Positions 14,718-25,969 of a stretch of DNA of 64,000 nucleotides are shown piece after piece. A program made the translations under genes and the position numbers. The DNA is taken from NCBI RefSeq assembly GCF_002571385.2, contig NW_019217838.1, forward strand, positions 212,286 to 276,285. The letters are read 5' to 3'. The DNA comes from Stylophora pistillata (Eukaryota). The notes below the pieces were generated by a model. That model was not told the origin of the DNA, made no database searches, and saw nothing but the letters and a program-made list of their open reading frames with translations. Numbering within the stretch: position 1 is the first letter of the stretch; every line of letters begins with the position of its first letter.

Positions 14718-16560
14718 TGATAATAATAATAATAATCAGTTTAATTACTCTTTTTGTAGCTTACAGCTAAATTACAAGAGTGGTTAGGATACAAATCATA
14801 TCTATACAATAACATCAAACATTTTACTAAGAATATCTATATGAAATAAAAATTAATTTGTCAAGACAGTTAGTAAAAGCCATAGTGGGATCACCTCTAA
14901 GAGAGCCTGAGCGTAGATTGTATCCACGGGACACAGTTGTGCGATGTGGCAGCAAGTTAGCAAGGACACCAGTGTCCCAAACTCTCTGGATAAACTAAGT
15001 GCATGCAGGGGCACCCCGATCAGAGAGAGTGCAAAGACCACACAGCACAAGTGCCTCCCTGTAGGGAAGCCCAGGAAAGATTACTTCTAAGGCTTTTATC
15101 TGCACACTCTCAATTAGGAGGCTACGATAATCAGGCAGGTTTTCCCAAACTGGGGAGGCATACTCCAACACTGAAAAAATCAGGCTGGAATACACCATAT
15201 TGCATGATATCACACCAAATTCTCATAGCCAAATTCTAAGGAAATATGTAACAGCTAGAAAGGAGAATTAACAATCAGATATTAATCTTGAGAGTTAAAG
15301 AGTTAACTTTAAACCATAGCTTGCAACAGGACCGCCAAACAAAGGTCACCAACTTGGCAACCTCAGTAACCAATTTTTTTTTTTAATAATTGCCATGGTA
15401 ACCAAAACTTTAACGCCTTGGGCACCAGTGACTGCCATCTTACCAGGTCATCATGTGACTTCGGATGAGATAGAGTTTTATTGAACTGTTCAAAGAACCA
15501 CTGAGCTCTGATACTCCTTGAGATTCTGTATTCCTTTCCCATGAGAAGAAATACATGAAGGGCATCCTCCTATCAAGTTCAAAGAAAAATCTTTCAATCC
15601 AAGAAAATCTTACAATCATTTTTTTAGTAAACAAAATCTATTTTTGCTGTAGAAATCCAAAGCAGAAAATAAGTAAGTAAATACAAATCCACAGTTCATC
15701 TGTTATTGAAAGGTGCAGTGAACATTCAGTAAGAACCAGAGAGGAAGAAGATCAGTTCTGTCAAAATCAAGGACTCAGTCCATCGATCATCTAGATCATC
15801 AACTGTTCAAAACCCGAGAATTTCCACAAAGCTACTATCAAGCATTTCCATTTCTAAGTAACTTTTCTGGAGAAGGAGCTCATTGAGAAAAATCAGAGAA
15901 AAAAATGAAAACAAAAAACCTCTGTCACTTTTAATGCTTTTTTTTTTAAACTTGGTTTGTTTGTTTTCTCTTTTATGATACAGGCATCAAGACTTAACCA
16001 TTTACACTGCAACATTAATATTCATATTCTCCAAACTGTTCTCTTTATTTCCTATATCATAAATAAGAGAATTTGTTTGAAAATCAGGAACTTCTTGAGT
16101 TACTGATCATTTTTTTTTTTATTCTCATGACTTTTGTATTTGATTCAAGTGTGATATGGTAAGGAGAAATGAGAACCCTGTCACTCTTGGGGATAAAAGG
16201 TTTAAAAGCTACTTCAAACCTTAGAAACAGTCATTCAATGTTTTAACTCACAAAGATAATATCACTGTACAGAAAAAAGAACTGTTGCGCTATCATCAGC
16301 TTATAAAAGGACTCAAACTTCACTTAAATTTGTTTTTTTTCAAATTTGTTCATAATAACCGTTATCCGATCCCACACGAGGCATTTTCTTTTAAGAAAGG
16401 AGACGAAAATTAAGATCAAGCTATCGTAGTTATATAACAATTTAAGACGAGCCTTGCACCTCTGATTTACTTGGGAAGCGCTGTGAAGCACGAGGAAAGA
16501 CCGGAGGAACTTATGATCGACTCGAGAACTCACCTCTTGCATTGCATCATCTTCAGACAT
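608..16560 (-). CDS. SZT2: KICSTOR complex scaffold SZT2, N-terminal 869 codons (25 exons; gene continues beyond the left edge)
   Basis: Hand-spliced GT-AG exons, all phase-compatible: 16534-16560, 15444-15569, 14182-14340, 13975-14052, 12655-12747, 11859-11999, 11460-11595, 10446-10581, 9862-9943, 9397-9430, 8754-8843, 8580-8655, 7030-7128, 6686-6744, 6219-6292, 5993-6015, 5217-5309, 4786-4824, 4541-4670, 3344-3441, 3051-3101, 2822-2974, 2331-2448, 1339-1751, 608-686 (2607 nt). Peptides [81 protein letters not shown] and [14 protein letters not shown] match recalled human SZT2 in order ([63 protein letters not shown]). Exons 9397-9430 and 8580-8655 rest mainly on phase fit. Confidence 0.95.
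2120..2305. mobile_element. MITE with CAGGGCTCGACACTAAC terminal inverted repeats, 5-bp TSD
   Basis: TIRs at both ends and ATTAG on both flanks. A second copy lies at 33762-33937 and a related end near 7889. Confidence 0.85.
5296..5460. repeat. 33-bp tandem repeat x5 spanning an SZT2 intron/exon boundary
   Basis: Units of CATGTGTCACACAACTGAGAGAAGAAGCATTAG type start at 5296, 5329, 5362, 5395 and 5428. Confidence 0.95.
7479..7693. mobile_element. Fold-back MITE with ~78-bp inverted arms
   Basis: TCCTTTTTACAGTTGTGG...GATAGAGA is reverse-complementary to TCTCTATC...CCACAACTGTAAAAAGGA. Confidence 0.85.
12285..12577 (-). mobile_element. Degenerate tRNA-derived SINE (related to the 22179 copy)
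   Basis: Minus strand reads GTGGCCTAATGGATAGTGCACTGG...; body and tail (cttcatgccatggaaactaggataag) resemble the 22179 element. Confidence 0.65.
12782..12829. other. Assembly gap (48 N) in an SZT2 intron
   Basis: Run of N; the flanking SZT2 exons are contiguous in protein, so no exon appears to be lost. Confidence 0.98.
13833..13948. repeat. Palindromic element with CGAG-hairpin-CGAG apex (minus strand)
   Basis: AACAATTATTCCAC...GCCAA CTCG GCGC TAA GCGC CTCG TTGGC...GTGGAATAATTGTT. Confidence 0.85.
14685..15215 (-). mobile_element. 5'-truncated CR1/L2-group LINE fragment with (ATT)n tail, inserted into a MITE
   Basis: [10 protein letters not shown]...[30 protein letters not shown] resembles the post-RT C-terminus of CR1/L2-group ORF2. 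The 3' end finishes in (ATT)n at 14685-14737. MITE halves lie at about 14565-14684 and 15216-15305. Confidence 0.75.
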
Positions 16561-17964
16561 TTTCGTTTCTCATTGATCTCTTAGTTAAGATCCATATATA
16601 CGAAATTACTTATGTGATGAGCAATTTGCAACATCTCATTTAAGATCCTTGTGGGCTTCCTGTTTCGACGAGTTTCTTAACCGTAGTACAGTCTTCCATT
16701 TCCGCCATGTCAACTACTCACACGGGTAACCGCTGGACAAAAAGAGGGAAACAAATTCAGTCTTAGATTGTGATCTCCAACGTAATGCATAGTGTGAGTG
16801 AAGTTTTGAATAGCAAATCAAAGGTTTCTGCCTTTTCCCATATTGAGAGAGAAAGTTTTGACCAAAAGAATGATGATGTTTCCTCAGGTGGTTTTTTTTT
16901 TAGTCTCCTGCATGAAGAAAAAAATCATGACTGCACAACCGTTTCGTTTTAGAGAGCAAGGTTTATTTCGCGTCCTAACGGCTTTTTTAAATACCAATCG
17001 CACACGCTATGAATAACAATTTTTTGGCGCAATCTACAAATAATTAAGTGTGAACAATAGAATGGTGCGTACTGGGAATAATTGACTAAATAACTAAACA
17101 ATCATGGACTAATTAAATATGCAATGGTATATTGCAACAGATGAAATTCAATTTTGCAAAGTTTCTGTGCTCTCTGAAAAAATTTTGCTCACCCTATATT
17201 TCTTTATTCAAAACTTTGTATTGAGTGTTCCCCAAAGAGTCTTGCCCCTGGCTCAACATGGACCCAAACAAATTAAAAAGAAGAAAACAAAAAAAACAAA
17301 AAAAAAAGGGAGAAAGAAGAAAAAAGGTCTCTGGAAGAAATATTTATCAGTTTCCTTGTTTCTGAAAACTCATCAGCCCTCATCAACCCTTTACACCTTA
17401 ATATCAGTATCCATATTCTCCATACTTTCCTCTATACATTTCCTTTGGAACTGACAAGGAGAATTCATTTAATAATCAAAGCTTCTTCTGCCACCAATCA
17501 TTTTCTTTGTTCTCGTGATCCTAATGAGCCACTCTGCAGTATTTACTGTAAGGCAAAATTATGTAGATGGTGAACTCTCTTTGGGCATAAAGAGTTAAGT
17601 AGTCCACAATTTTCTCAGCACTCACTGGAACATTGCTCCCAAGGGTGAAAGACAAGTGATACGAGACAAGCATGCTAGCAAGACCACAGTGGCATGTAAC
17701 TGAAGGCATCCAGTATGAAGTAGTGTAAATAGGAAAGGACTGATGACTTTACAAGACATTTTCCATGTACACTGCTAATATTCTCTTTTACCATATTTAG
17801 CTCATAGTAGATCACAATACGGAGGAAACAATGGTTTCTTTTCAGCAATTCATTTATCAATCCCTAGAAAAAATGGTACTGTGGTATTGTATTTCATATC
17901 AATCTTCCCCTTCTGAAGTCTTTGTGGAAAGAGGAAGTAAAGTTTGAAAACCTGTGGTGCTGTA

Positions 17965-18131
17965 CAGGGGCAGATCCAGGGGTGGTTTGGGTGGTTCAGT
18001 CAAACCCCCCTAACTTATCCCTCAGAATGCTGGAGATCATGTTTCCAAAGACCTACTTTTCAAAATTTCAGACCCCCCAGATGGAGGAAATTCTCTGAAG
18101 CCCCCTTGACTAAATCCTGGATCTACCCTAG
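17965..18131. mobile_element. MITE with CAGGGGCAGATCCAGG / CCTGGATCTACCC ends
   Basis: Imperfect TIRs of the hAT-like CAGGGGCGGATCCAG type. Confidence 0.6.
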
Positions 18132-18519
18132 CTGTACCAGTACGGGTACCACAAGATGATTTGGTTTTACCAAATGAGTTGACAGAGTAAATTTGCCACC
18201 ATAAAGAGTTCCTTAAGCTGACATTTCAAATGTAAGAACTGTTTAGAGGGACAGGCCTCTTCCTCCAGACCAGTGTCAGCTAGTCATCAAATTTATCAAT
18301 CTCTGATGATAAATGTCACTTCACTACTCCAGCCTTAATACAATTCTTAAACTCCCATGAATGACCAAGAGAGAATTTCTCCTCACAATATCGATACAAT
18401 ATCAAGCAGGCAGTTGATGGGAATAAAGAAAAATATCAATTAGGGATTTAGGGGATTATTTGTTGATCCAATGCCAAATTCTCAAAACTGACATTATATG
18501 AATTGTATGGCAGATAGTA

Positions 18520-18666
18520 GCGAAGGGCTAACGCTCGAAACGTCAGCTTTTGTAATCATTACGGTGGCCAATTTACCATTTCAACTTTGTTGATATATCC
18601 AAATTATTTTGTTACTCCCACCGACGCAGCCCCAAACAGTTTCTTTCGAAACTATCAGCCTTTATT
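18520..18666 (+). mobile_element. 5'-truncated hammerhead-bearing repeat inserted into a MITE, 9-bp TSD
   Basis: Begins GCGAAGGGCTAACGCTCGAAACGTCAGC; flanked by CAGATAGTA at 18511-18519 and 18667-18675. Confidence 0.75.
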
Positions 18667-18772
18667 CAGATAGTAAAGAGAATCAGTTATAAGATCTTGG
18701 CAGTGAAAGGGTTAAATGAAAAAAAAAGAAAAACAGAAATATATACACAGACTATAAAAATAATTGAACACT

Positions 18773-20086
18773 TTATGCAGCAAAGTGTTGTTGTAAAGTC
18801 TCCACAAAGTTGTCCCTCATGCTTTCCTTAAAAGTTTTGTACCACAATAACACTTTTTTTCGCCTTTCAACAACTTCACCATGGGTTAAATGCTTCTCAT
18901 TTTCAATGATCATCGGTAAATCATTCCAGTCTTTTACATAAATGAAGGGGGCCTTAGATGCCTTTAACAGATGCAATGGGGATTTTTCCCCTTTCCTACA
19001 ATTTCCAGGTGTGACCACATCTTCAATGACAGGAACTGATCCATAGGAGCAAGCTTCATATATGCGATAACATTCTGTATTCATTCCCACTGGATTAAGG
19101 GTCAAATCACTGTTGGCTAGAGCATAGTGATAATCATTTGCTGATTTGGAACTTTCACCCGGTGACCAAGTGCCTCTAGTCTTAATAAAACACACATCCT
19201 CTAGGTTAAAATTTTTTATAACCATCTGTAGTTCTACTCGAGAAGAGTTGGAGTAAACAGTCCCTAAAAAATTACACTTAAATTTACGAGGTTTCTGGAC
19301 ATCAATGGAAAGTATTGGTACGTTTGGAAAGTTCCTGTATGTGGCCACTCCCAGAGGCCACTGGAAGTAGATTTCAGAATCCGCGTAAGTGATATCATAA
19401 ACAATGAAGGCAAATGTTACAAGACCTTCGTTATTTTTCATATAGGAAAACAACCAGTCATTATCACAACGTTCGTTTCCCAAAAGAACAACCGCCACGT
19501 TTCGAAGATTCGGAAAACCTTGAAGAGATTCAAGCCATGCCTTTGCAAAATCCACTTTTTTGGGCTCTCGTCCGTTGATAACGAGCACAAGATTCTTGGT
19601 TTGTTTTGGAACCTTATCTGGTACGACCCATGGTCCAGTGCGAAATATGAACTTGATATTCTGAATTTGCTTTTCGCCGTAGCGCCATGCTCCACCAAGT
19701 CTTTCCTCTAAGGGTCCCTCAAGAATATGCTCCCATAAGTACAGCCCGATCGCAGCTTTACCCCAGATTTCAACCTCGACCAAATTCGTTTGTCGATATT
19801 GAGAAGCCTTTACAGGAGCACGGTAGAATTTCGTGGGCGACTTAGATGTGACTACAAGTCCTTTTGGATGTATTTTCTGATTCTCGTTTACTAGAAGCAC
19901 CTGGAGTGCATAAATGGTAAAGATCGTGTAAATAGATGCCACCAGAAGGGCTAGAATTTTGCAACTTAGCCTCTTCAGCATCTGATGTGTTTGTCTGCCA
20001 TGTTTACCGTACGTTTCATTGCGCGCGCACGCTTGAACGTGGCGTGTTGAAGCAATCTTTGTTTTTCTGCTCGTGGGCTCAGACAT
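18773..20086 (-). CDS. RXYLT1: Ribitol-5-phosphate xylosyltransferase 1 (TMEM5), intronless; type II membrane glycosyltransferase. The true start may be Met36 at 19981.
   Basis: 437-aa ORF with an N-terminal TM segment. Motifs VEIWGKAAIGLYLWEHI, NGRE, AVVLLGNERCDN, FQWPLGVATYRNFP, CNFLGT.Y.NSSR and SDLTLNPVGMNTECYRIYEACSYGSVPVIED are near-identical to recalled human RXYLT1. Confidence 0.95.
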   Translation of the reverse strand: MSEPTSRKTKIASTRHVQACARNETYGKHGRQTHQMLKRLSCKILALLVASIYTIFTIYALQVLLVNENQKIHPKGLVVTSKSPTKFYRAPVKASQYRQTNLVEVEIWGKAAIGLYLWEHILEGPLEERLGGAWRYGEKQIQNIKFIFRTGPWVVPDKVPKQTKNLVLVINGREPKKVDFAKAWLESLQGFPNLRNVAVVLLGNERCDNDWLFSYMKNNEGLVTFAFIVYDITYADSEIYFQWPLGVATYRNFPNVPILSIDVQKPRKFKCNFLGTVYSNSSRVELQMVIKNFNLEDVCFIKTRGTWSPGESSKSANDYHYALANSDLTLNPVGMNTECYRIYEACSYGSVPVIEDVVTPGNCRKGEKSPLHLLKASKAPFIYVKDWNDLPMIIENEKHLTHGEVVERRKKVLLWYKTFKESMRDNFVETLQQHFAA

Positions 20087-20175
20087 GGCAGACCACTACT
20101 GATCGTTCTATCGTTGTGTGATCTCGTTGAGTAAGCGTTTTCGCTGAACACGACCGTGCATATAAGTTCGTAAAA
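20087..20175. promoter_or_regulatory. Compact bidirectional promoter / 5' UTR region between RXYLT1 and MED8
   Basis: Divergent start codons are 89 nt apart (194 nt if RXYLT1 starts at 19981). The region is CpG-containing relative to its CpG-poor flanks. No TSS data are available. Confidence 0.65.
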
Positions 20176-23100
20176 ATGCAGGTGTGTTCAGAATTATCTG
20201 ATTTTCATTTGAGTGTAATTTGAGTAATAAGTTGTTCTCTTGTATTTCTTATAAGCCTGCAATCCTTTATGGTTAATGCTATAAATTAGTACCTTGAGGT
20301 AGCAGTTATATATTTTAGAACCTAGATGATCTTTCAGAACTTTTCCACTTGTATTGTACATAATATGCCTTTTATTCCTTTTCAATTTGAATTTTTTATT
20401 TAATGTATAGGATGAGAAACTGTTAGAAGTTTCTCTGGAAGCTGTATCCAGCAGGGTTCAAGAATTAAAAGAAGCAATTCAAGCCTTCCTGATGAAACTG
20501 GAGCACGAACAAATGAACTGGTGAGAGAAATCAATACCTGCTCTTTGAACGTTTGAATATACTAGTTCGCTCTTTTTTGGCAGAATAGTTCTTTGTAAAC
20601 ATCTGAAGCATCACCAACTTATATTACAGTTTGAATTAAATGGGGTAAGTTTCTAACGAAACTGTGGTGCTGTGTCAGTGGGGGAGTACACTAAAATGTA
20701 ATTTTTGTTTTATCAACTGAGTTAATAAATTAAGTGTAAATTGGCCACCATAAAGAGTTTTAAAACTGACGTTTCGAGTGTTAGCCCTTTGTCAATAATG
20801 TCAGCTTTAAAACTCTTTATGGTGGCCAATTTACGTTATCAAATCAGTTGATTAAACCAAATTACCTTATCTAATTGTTTGTTTCAGGCCCTCAGTTTTG
20901 GATAACTATGCTCTCTTATCAGGTAGGTTACTGTTGCTTTTTAAATTAAATTTCTAAGCTAGAACCCGGAGTTTAATTATCATTGCTTGAAGTGTTGAAA
21001 AGATGTCATACCTTTCTGTTGAACAGGTCAAGTAAACACATTGACTAAACTGCTGAAGAATGAGAAAACTCCTCTCTTTCGGAACCTGGTGCTTCTACCA
21101 GTGTTAGTGCAACAAGAAACAGACCCAGATATACAGGTAGATATACAGTGTAGATTCCAAGATCTGATTAATAATTCTTCCCTCTGGCTGGTAAGTTAGT
21201 TACAAGAATTTGGTGTTAGGTCAAGATAAAAACCTCTACCTAATAAGTTTGAGTATTCTCATTACCTGTTTGCTGGATAATGTATGTATGTTATAAGGAG
21301 AAGTTACATGTTAATCATACTCGATGACACTCTTGTTTATGGAACAAAATGGTTGCTAAATTTGCCCAAAGTCTTTAGTGAGACACGATTGCAAGCCAGA
21401 TGCAGCCACATTGTTTTCATTATTCTCCTGTGACTGGCTTCTAATTTCTCCTTACAATATCACACTTGAATCAAATGTAAAAGTCACGTGAATAAAGGAA
21501 ATGATCACCAAATTAAGAAGCTCCTGATTGTCAAACAAATTCTCCTTGTCAGCATCATAAACAATGTATAGAGATCCGTGTGGAGATTGTGATTACAGAT
21601 GTTTAGATGTAAAGGGTTCATGATAACTCTTGCAAGGTATACAGGCTGTAAGTAGGTGCATGTATAAGTGGACATCAAAATTGCTTTTTTCTGTTTTGTG
21701 ATCTACTAGAAAGCAAGTGAAGGACGTATACATGCATTTGACCATGAAGTTGGTAAGTATTGATTTATCTATGCTGCACATCTTTATACTAAAAAGGGTA
21801 AAGTCTGTTTGTGAGCCAAGTGGCACTTAACTCCAGTTTCCATAGCATGAAGCCCCCAGGAATATTTCTACATCTTTATTCTGCCCACACATAAATTTTG
21901 AATTGTTTTAATTTATTCCAGTCCCAGACTATCTACGAACAAAGTATGCTCCTGAGATAGAGGAGTCTGAACAGAAGGTTGAAACCATGGCAACAAACAT
22001 CCCACCAGATGAAGCTCAGGTATACAAAAACTGATTCGAACTCTTTATCTCCCAAGATCTGATTGTTTATTCTGCCCTCTACCTGCTACACTTTTTCTTG
22101 TAAATTATGCACAAGAATTTGTTATTAGATCAAGACCAAATTGTTGTCAAGATTTTCCCATTGCTACTCTGTGTTGATGGAGGCACAGTGGCCTCATGGT
22201 TGGTGCGCTTGACTCCGGATCGAGTGGTCCAGGTTCGAGCCTTGGCCGGGGACATTGTGTTGTGCTCTTAGGAAGGACACTTTACTCTCACAGTGCCTCT
22301 CTTCACCCAGGTGTATAAATGGGTACCAGCAATTTAATGCTGGGGGTAACCCTGCGATGGACGGGCATCCCATCCAGGGGGGAGTAGAAATACTCATAGT
22401 CACTTCATGCTACAGAAACCGGAGTTAAGCACCGCTAATGGGCCACTAGGCTTGTAAACAGACTCTGTGTAGATAACTATTGTGGGGGAAAATTACTTGT
22501 GTTTCAGTGATAGGGTTGAAGCCTAATGGGCCACTAGGCTCGTAAACAGACTCTGTGTTGATAACTATTGTGGGGGAAAATTACTTGTGTTTCAGTGATA
22601 GGGTTGAAGCAAGTTGATAATCCTTTTACCCACCCACCCCCTCTCAGAACTGGTCATGTATCATATGATGTTATATTGTTTAAATTACAGCGTGCAGTGT
22701 TGTATACAGTATAATTATTAATTTGTTGTAAACTGAAATAGTAGTTCCGTTTATTTTTAATTTTTCCTCTGTCCAACTACAGAGGCAGAAAGACACTTTG
22801 AATGAACTGGTTGAAAATCTTCTTACTCTTATATCAAGTGCAAGAGAGGACTGGGAAGGAGAGCAAAGTGCAGGTATTGAAAAATTGCATTACATGCAAA
22901 TAATGATACCACTAACTTAATTTACAAAATATTACATTTTAGAATGGACTCAACTTTGATTAATACCGGATTGTTTTTTTTTTTTAGCATCAAGAAGCTC
23001 ATCTGCTGTTAATCCTGACCTCAACAATCTTGTTGTTGCAGTTACATTTGGAAGAGGTATGTTTGATGGTGGATTAACCTTTTAAATCCTAACATCAGTA

Positions 23101-23970
23101 TTCATATTCTCCATACTGTTCTCTATACATTTCCAAGGGTGCTGACAATGAGAATTTGTTTAACAATAAAGAGCTTCTTTAGTTGTTGATCATACGCCTT
23201 ATTCTCATAACCATAATGTGTGATTCAGGGGTGGTATTGTAAGGAGAAATTGGATGAAAGTCACTCCTATGAATAAAGGGTTCAAGTGCAATTTTTTGAT
23301 GACTATGCAGGCCCAAGAGGGCTATCTAAAAGGCCACAATGCCTGCTCAGACATATTTGGGCTCCCAAAAGCTCTCAAGTGAATTTTTTTTTTTCTGAAA
23401 GGTAAAACTTTGTTGTTTATGCTTTGCAGGGCTAAAACCAGCAAAAGTTACCAAGGGTAGAGGCTCTAAATCAGATAAAGGTGTGTAGTGTTATTAATGC
23501 GGTATGTTGGAATGTTTAATGGTTATTTTGAGGTGTAGAATCATAGTTGACTTTTTGTCACGAGTTGGTGATATTTAACTGGAAATAGGGCCAGGAAATA
23601 AGTATTAAATGGTCTGTTGAATGAAATGCAAGTCGAGAAGCATAATGTAATGTCTTAAAATTACAAAACATTTTTATCAGTTTAAGGAAAACTTGTCCAA
23701 ATGGTGGAAACTCTCTGTGGAATGAAAACTGGGGCTTTATCATCCCAATGAAAGCTCACTTGCAATGCTTACCTGATTCCTGATACTTTATCAAATACTA
23801 ATTTTTGTAAATGATGTTTGTCTTTTGTTTTTGCTGCAGCACAAAGTGGCTGGATGAGTGACAAATCTACAAACAAGGCTCCAAGCTCTGTGAAAACAGA
23901 GACTAAGGCAGCCGCTGGTGTTCACCCATACTCCATGCCTAACAGACCAACCAGCAGGACAGGACCATGA
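20176..23970 (+). CDS. MED8: Mediator complex subunit 8, 247 aa, 10 coding exons
   Basis: Phase-compatible GT-AG exons 20176-20181, 20411-20520, 20888-20922, 21027-21136, 21710-21752, 21922-22019, 22783-22873, 22988-23056, 23430-23480, 23840-23970. Translation MQDEKLLEVSLEAV...[32 protein letters not shown]...EGRIHAFDHEVVPDYLRTK...LVVAVTFGRGL...KAPSSVKTETKAAAGVHPY matches recalled human MED8 ([49 protein letters not shown]). Confidence 0.96.
22179..22461 (+). mobile_element. tRNA-derived SINE with 13-bp TSD in a MED8 intron
   Basis: A-box-like TGGCCTCATGG and B-box GGTTCGAGCC. Flanked by ACTCTGTGTTGAT (22166-22178) and ACTCTGTGTAGAT (22462-22474). Confidence 0.85.
22435..22610. repeat. 88-bp tandem duplication covering the SINE tail plus flank
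   Basis: 22435-22522 and 22523-22610 are near-identical. Confidence 0.9.
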
Positions 23971-25144
23971 TTTTAGAGATCAGATATTGTTTTGCTTATA
24001 TAATTTACTGTGTGCCAATATTGGACCATCATGGCCTCCCAGTGGGATGCTACCTTTTGTTGCAACAATATTGGACTGTCACTGTCCAATACAACTCCAA
24101 TAGACGATCCATCAGAAAAATATTGTACCATCATGGGTTTCAGGAGCTTGATGCCTTATGACTTACAATCTCAGTCAAAAGAACTGGAAAATGTTGGCAT
24201 TCATAAACCCTGCCCCTCCCTATGGGTTCATTTTCACTGCCTCCCCCACCCCCTCCCCCATGCATTAAGCTTTTTCCTGCAAAACCTGTTACAGATACAT
24301 GATCTTTTCAAAAGCAATAAGACTGGAATTGTTGATGAAATTATCACCAATCATAGTTTCATGTGTTGTAGAACAAAACTTGTTTAGTTTGAAAGGACTG
24401 GGCCATCTTCCTCAAGGCCCTAGCACTTATTGTGAATGCTCTGATAAGCCATCCTCTCATAGAGGTTACACAACAGTCCAACAATAGGGCCCTCAAGTCA
24501 ACCCTCTTCCCATTGGATTTATTTTTAGAGCAGCTCTTTACCACAGAAAATATCATGGTACCTTTGAGTCAGCTATAAATAGCAGAAAGTGAGTTTGTTG
24601 CCCAAGGTGGTCATGTGAGCAGACGTTTCATTTGAAACAATAGGATTTTCATACCTTTGTTTTGATTGGATCTTAGAATTCAAAACTTCCCCAAGGAGCC
24701 TTTCTAGTGTTAGATCTACTTGTGAAAGGGTTGACTCCAAGGCTTAGTATGGGAGATCAGTAGAGGCTCCTATGGATGGGCTCTTGGAAAGACCCTCATC
24801 TGAAGCCCTAACTATTTAAAATGGAATACAGTTCAGAGGAAAGAAGAAAAAGTAGTCACACAGTTGTCATTTGTGGTTGCCATGGAGCGCCCATGTGCAA
24901 ACCCCTGTGGAACCTTGGGTTTATCAATGTTTATACTGTTGTTAAGTCTTACACTCTGTAAATGAACCAACCATCATTTTTATTATCATAATTGTTACTT
25001 GTATTATTATCATTATCACCATAAATGTTATTATTATCATTATTGTTCTAAATATTATTACATCATCACATTATTGTTATTATTATAATTGTGTTTGGAT
25101 CAACAAGTTAATAAGAACGACTGATATAATTTATCGTTAGCTGA

Positions 25145-25168
25145 AATAAAGTAACACATGAAAATAAA
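25145..25168 (+). terminator. Candidate polyadenylation signals of MED8
   Basis: Two AATAAA hexamers (25145-25150 and 25163-25168) followed by GT/T-rich sequence, about 1.2 kb after the MED8 stop. Confidence 0.4.
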
Positions 25169-25969
25169 AAAGAATTGCATGTTATGATGCGTATTTTGAC
25201 CCTGTTTTAGTTGTGTTCATATTTTGATTTAAAGTTGATTTCACATTTATTCCCAGGAAGAAGCCGTTTACAACCACTGTGGGGTTTTGCTTCCTCTTTC
25301 CTATACTATTTGTCTAGTTTGCCTACATGGCTGATTCTCTGTCTGTGTTCCTTCTTATTTTTTATCATGTGTACTGAACCAAGTATAAACCCCTACTCAA
25401 ATTTACCAAGGTTTATCTAATGTCCACTTTATGAGCACAGACTGGAGCTGTTCAAATTGAAAAAAAGTCTAAAATAAGATAATTTTACCATCACGATCTT
25501 GATGAAGCGACTTGAAAAGGTTGCGCAACTGAATATTTTGCCAAACTGATTTTATGGTGCGTTATGCTAATTTTGTGTGGGCAAGCACCCCCACCTAAAT
25601 TTTTCGGTTTTAGGGGCTGTAGCCCCCCGTTCTTTGCCGCTAATGGTCTTGTTTTCTCCCTGACAAACTACCTAACTTGTCAGGTATGTAACCTTTTACA
25701 AAGTCCTTTTGAACATCTCTCTGGGCGTGTTCAGTAGGTCAGCCATCACTTTGATATCTTGCTTTAAGGCTACTATAGATATCCAAAATTTTGGAATCAT
25801 TAAATAGAATTATTATAAATATCTCATCCATCACTTCAAACGACAAGTAGTTGACCCCTATAGCCAAATTTGACCTACTCGATTCATGTCAAATGGTTTT
25901 TAAAGAGTGTCCCAAAATGTGACAACATTTTTATAATCGAATAAAAGTATTATGGCTTTCCCGCAAAGT

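Noticed and set aside
16324-16560. 78-aa ORF as a standalone gene
   Set aside because: Only the first 9 codons are exonic (GAG|GTGAGT donor); it is SZT2 exon 1 reading into the intron.
24010-24387. 125-aa ORF after the MED8 stop
   Set aside because: It lies in the probable MED8 3' UTR, has a non-ATG start and shows no recognisable motif.
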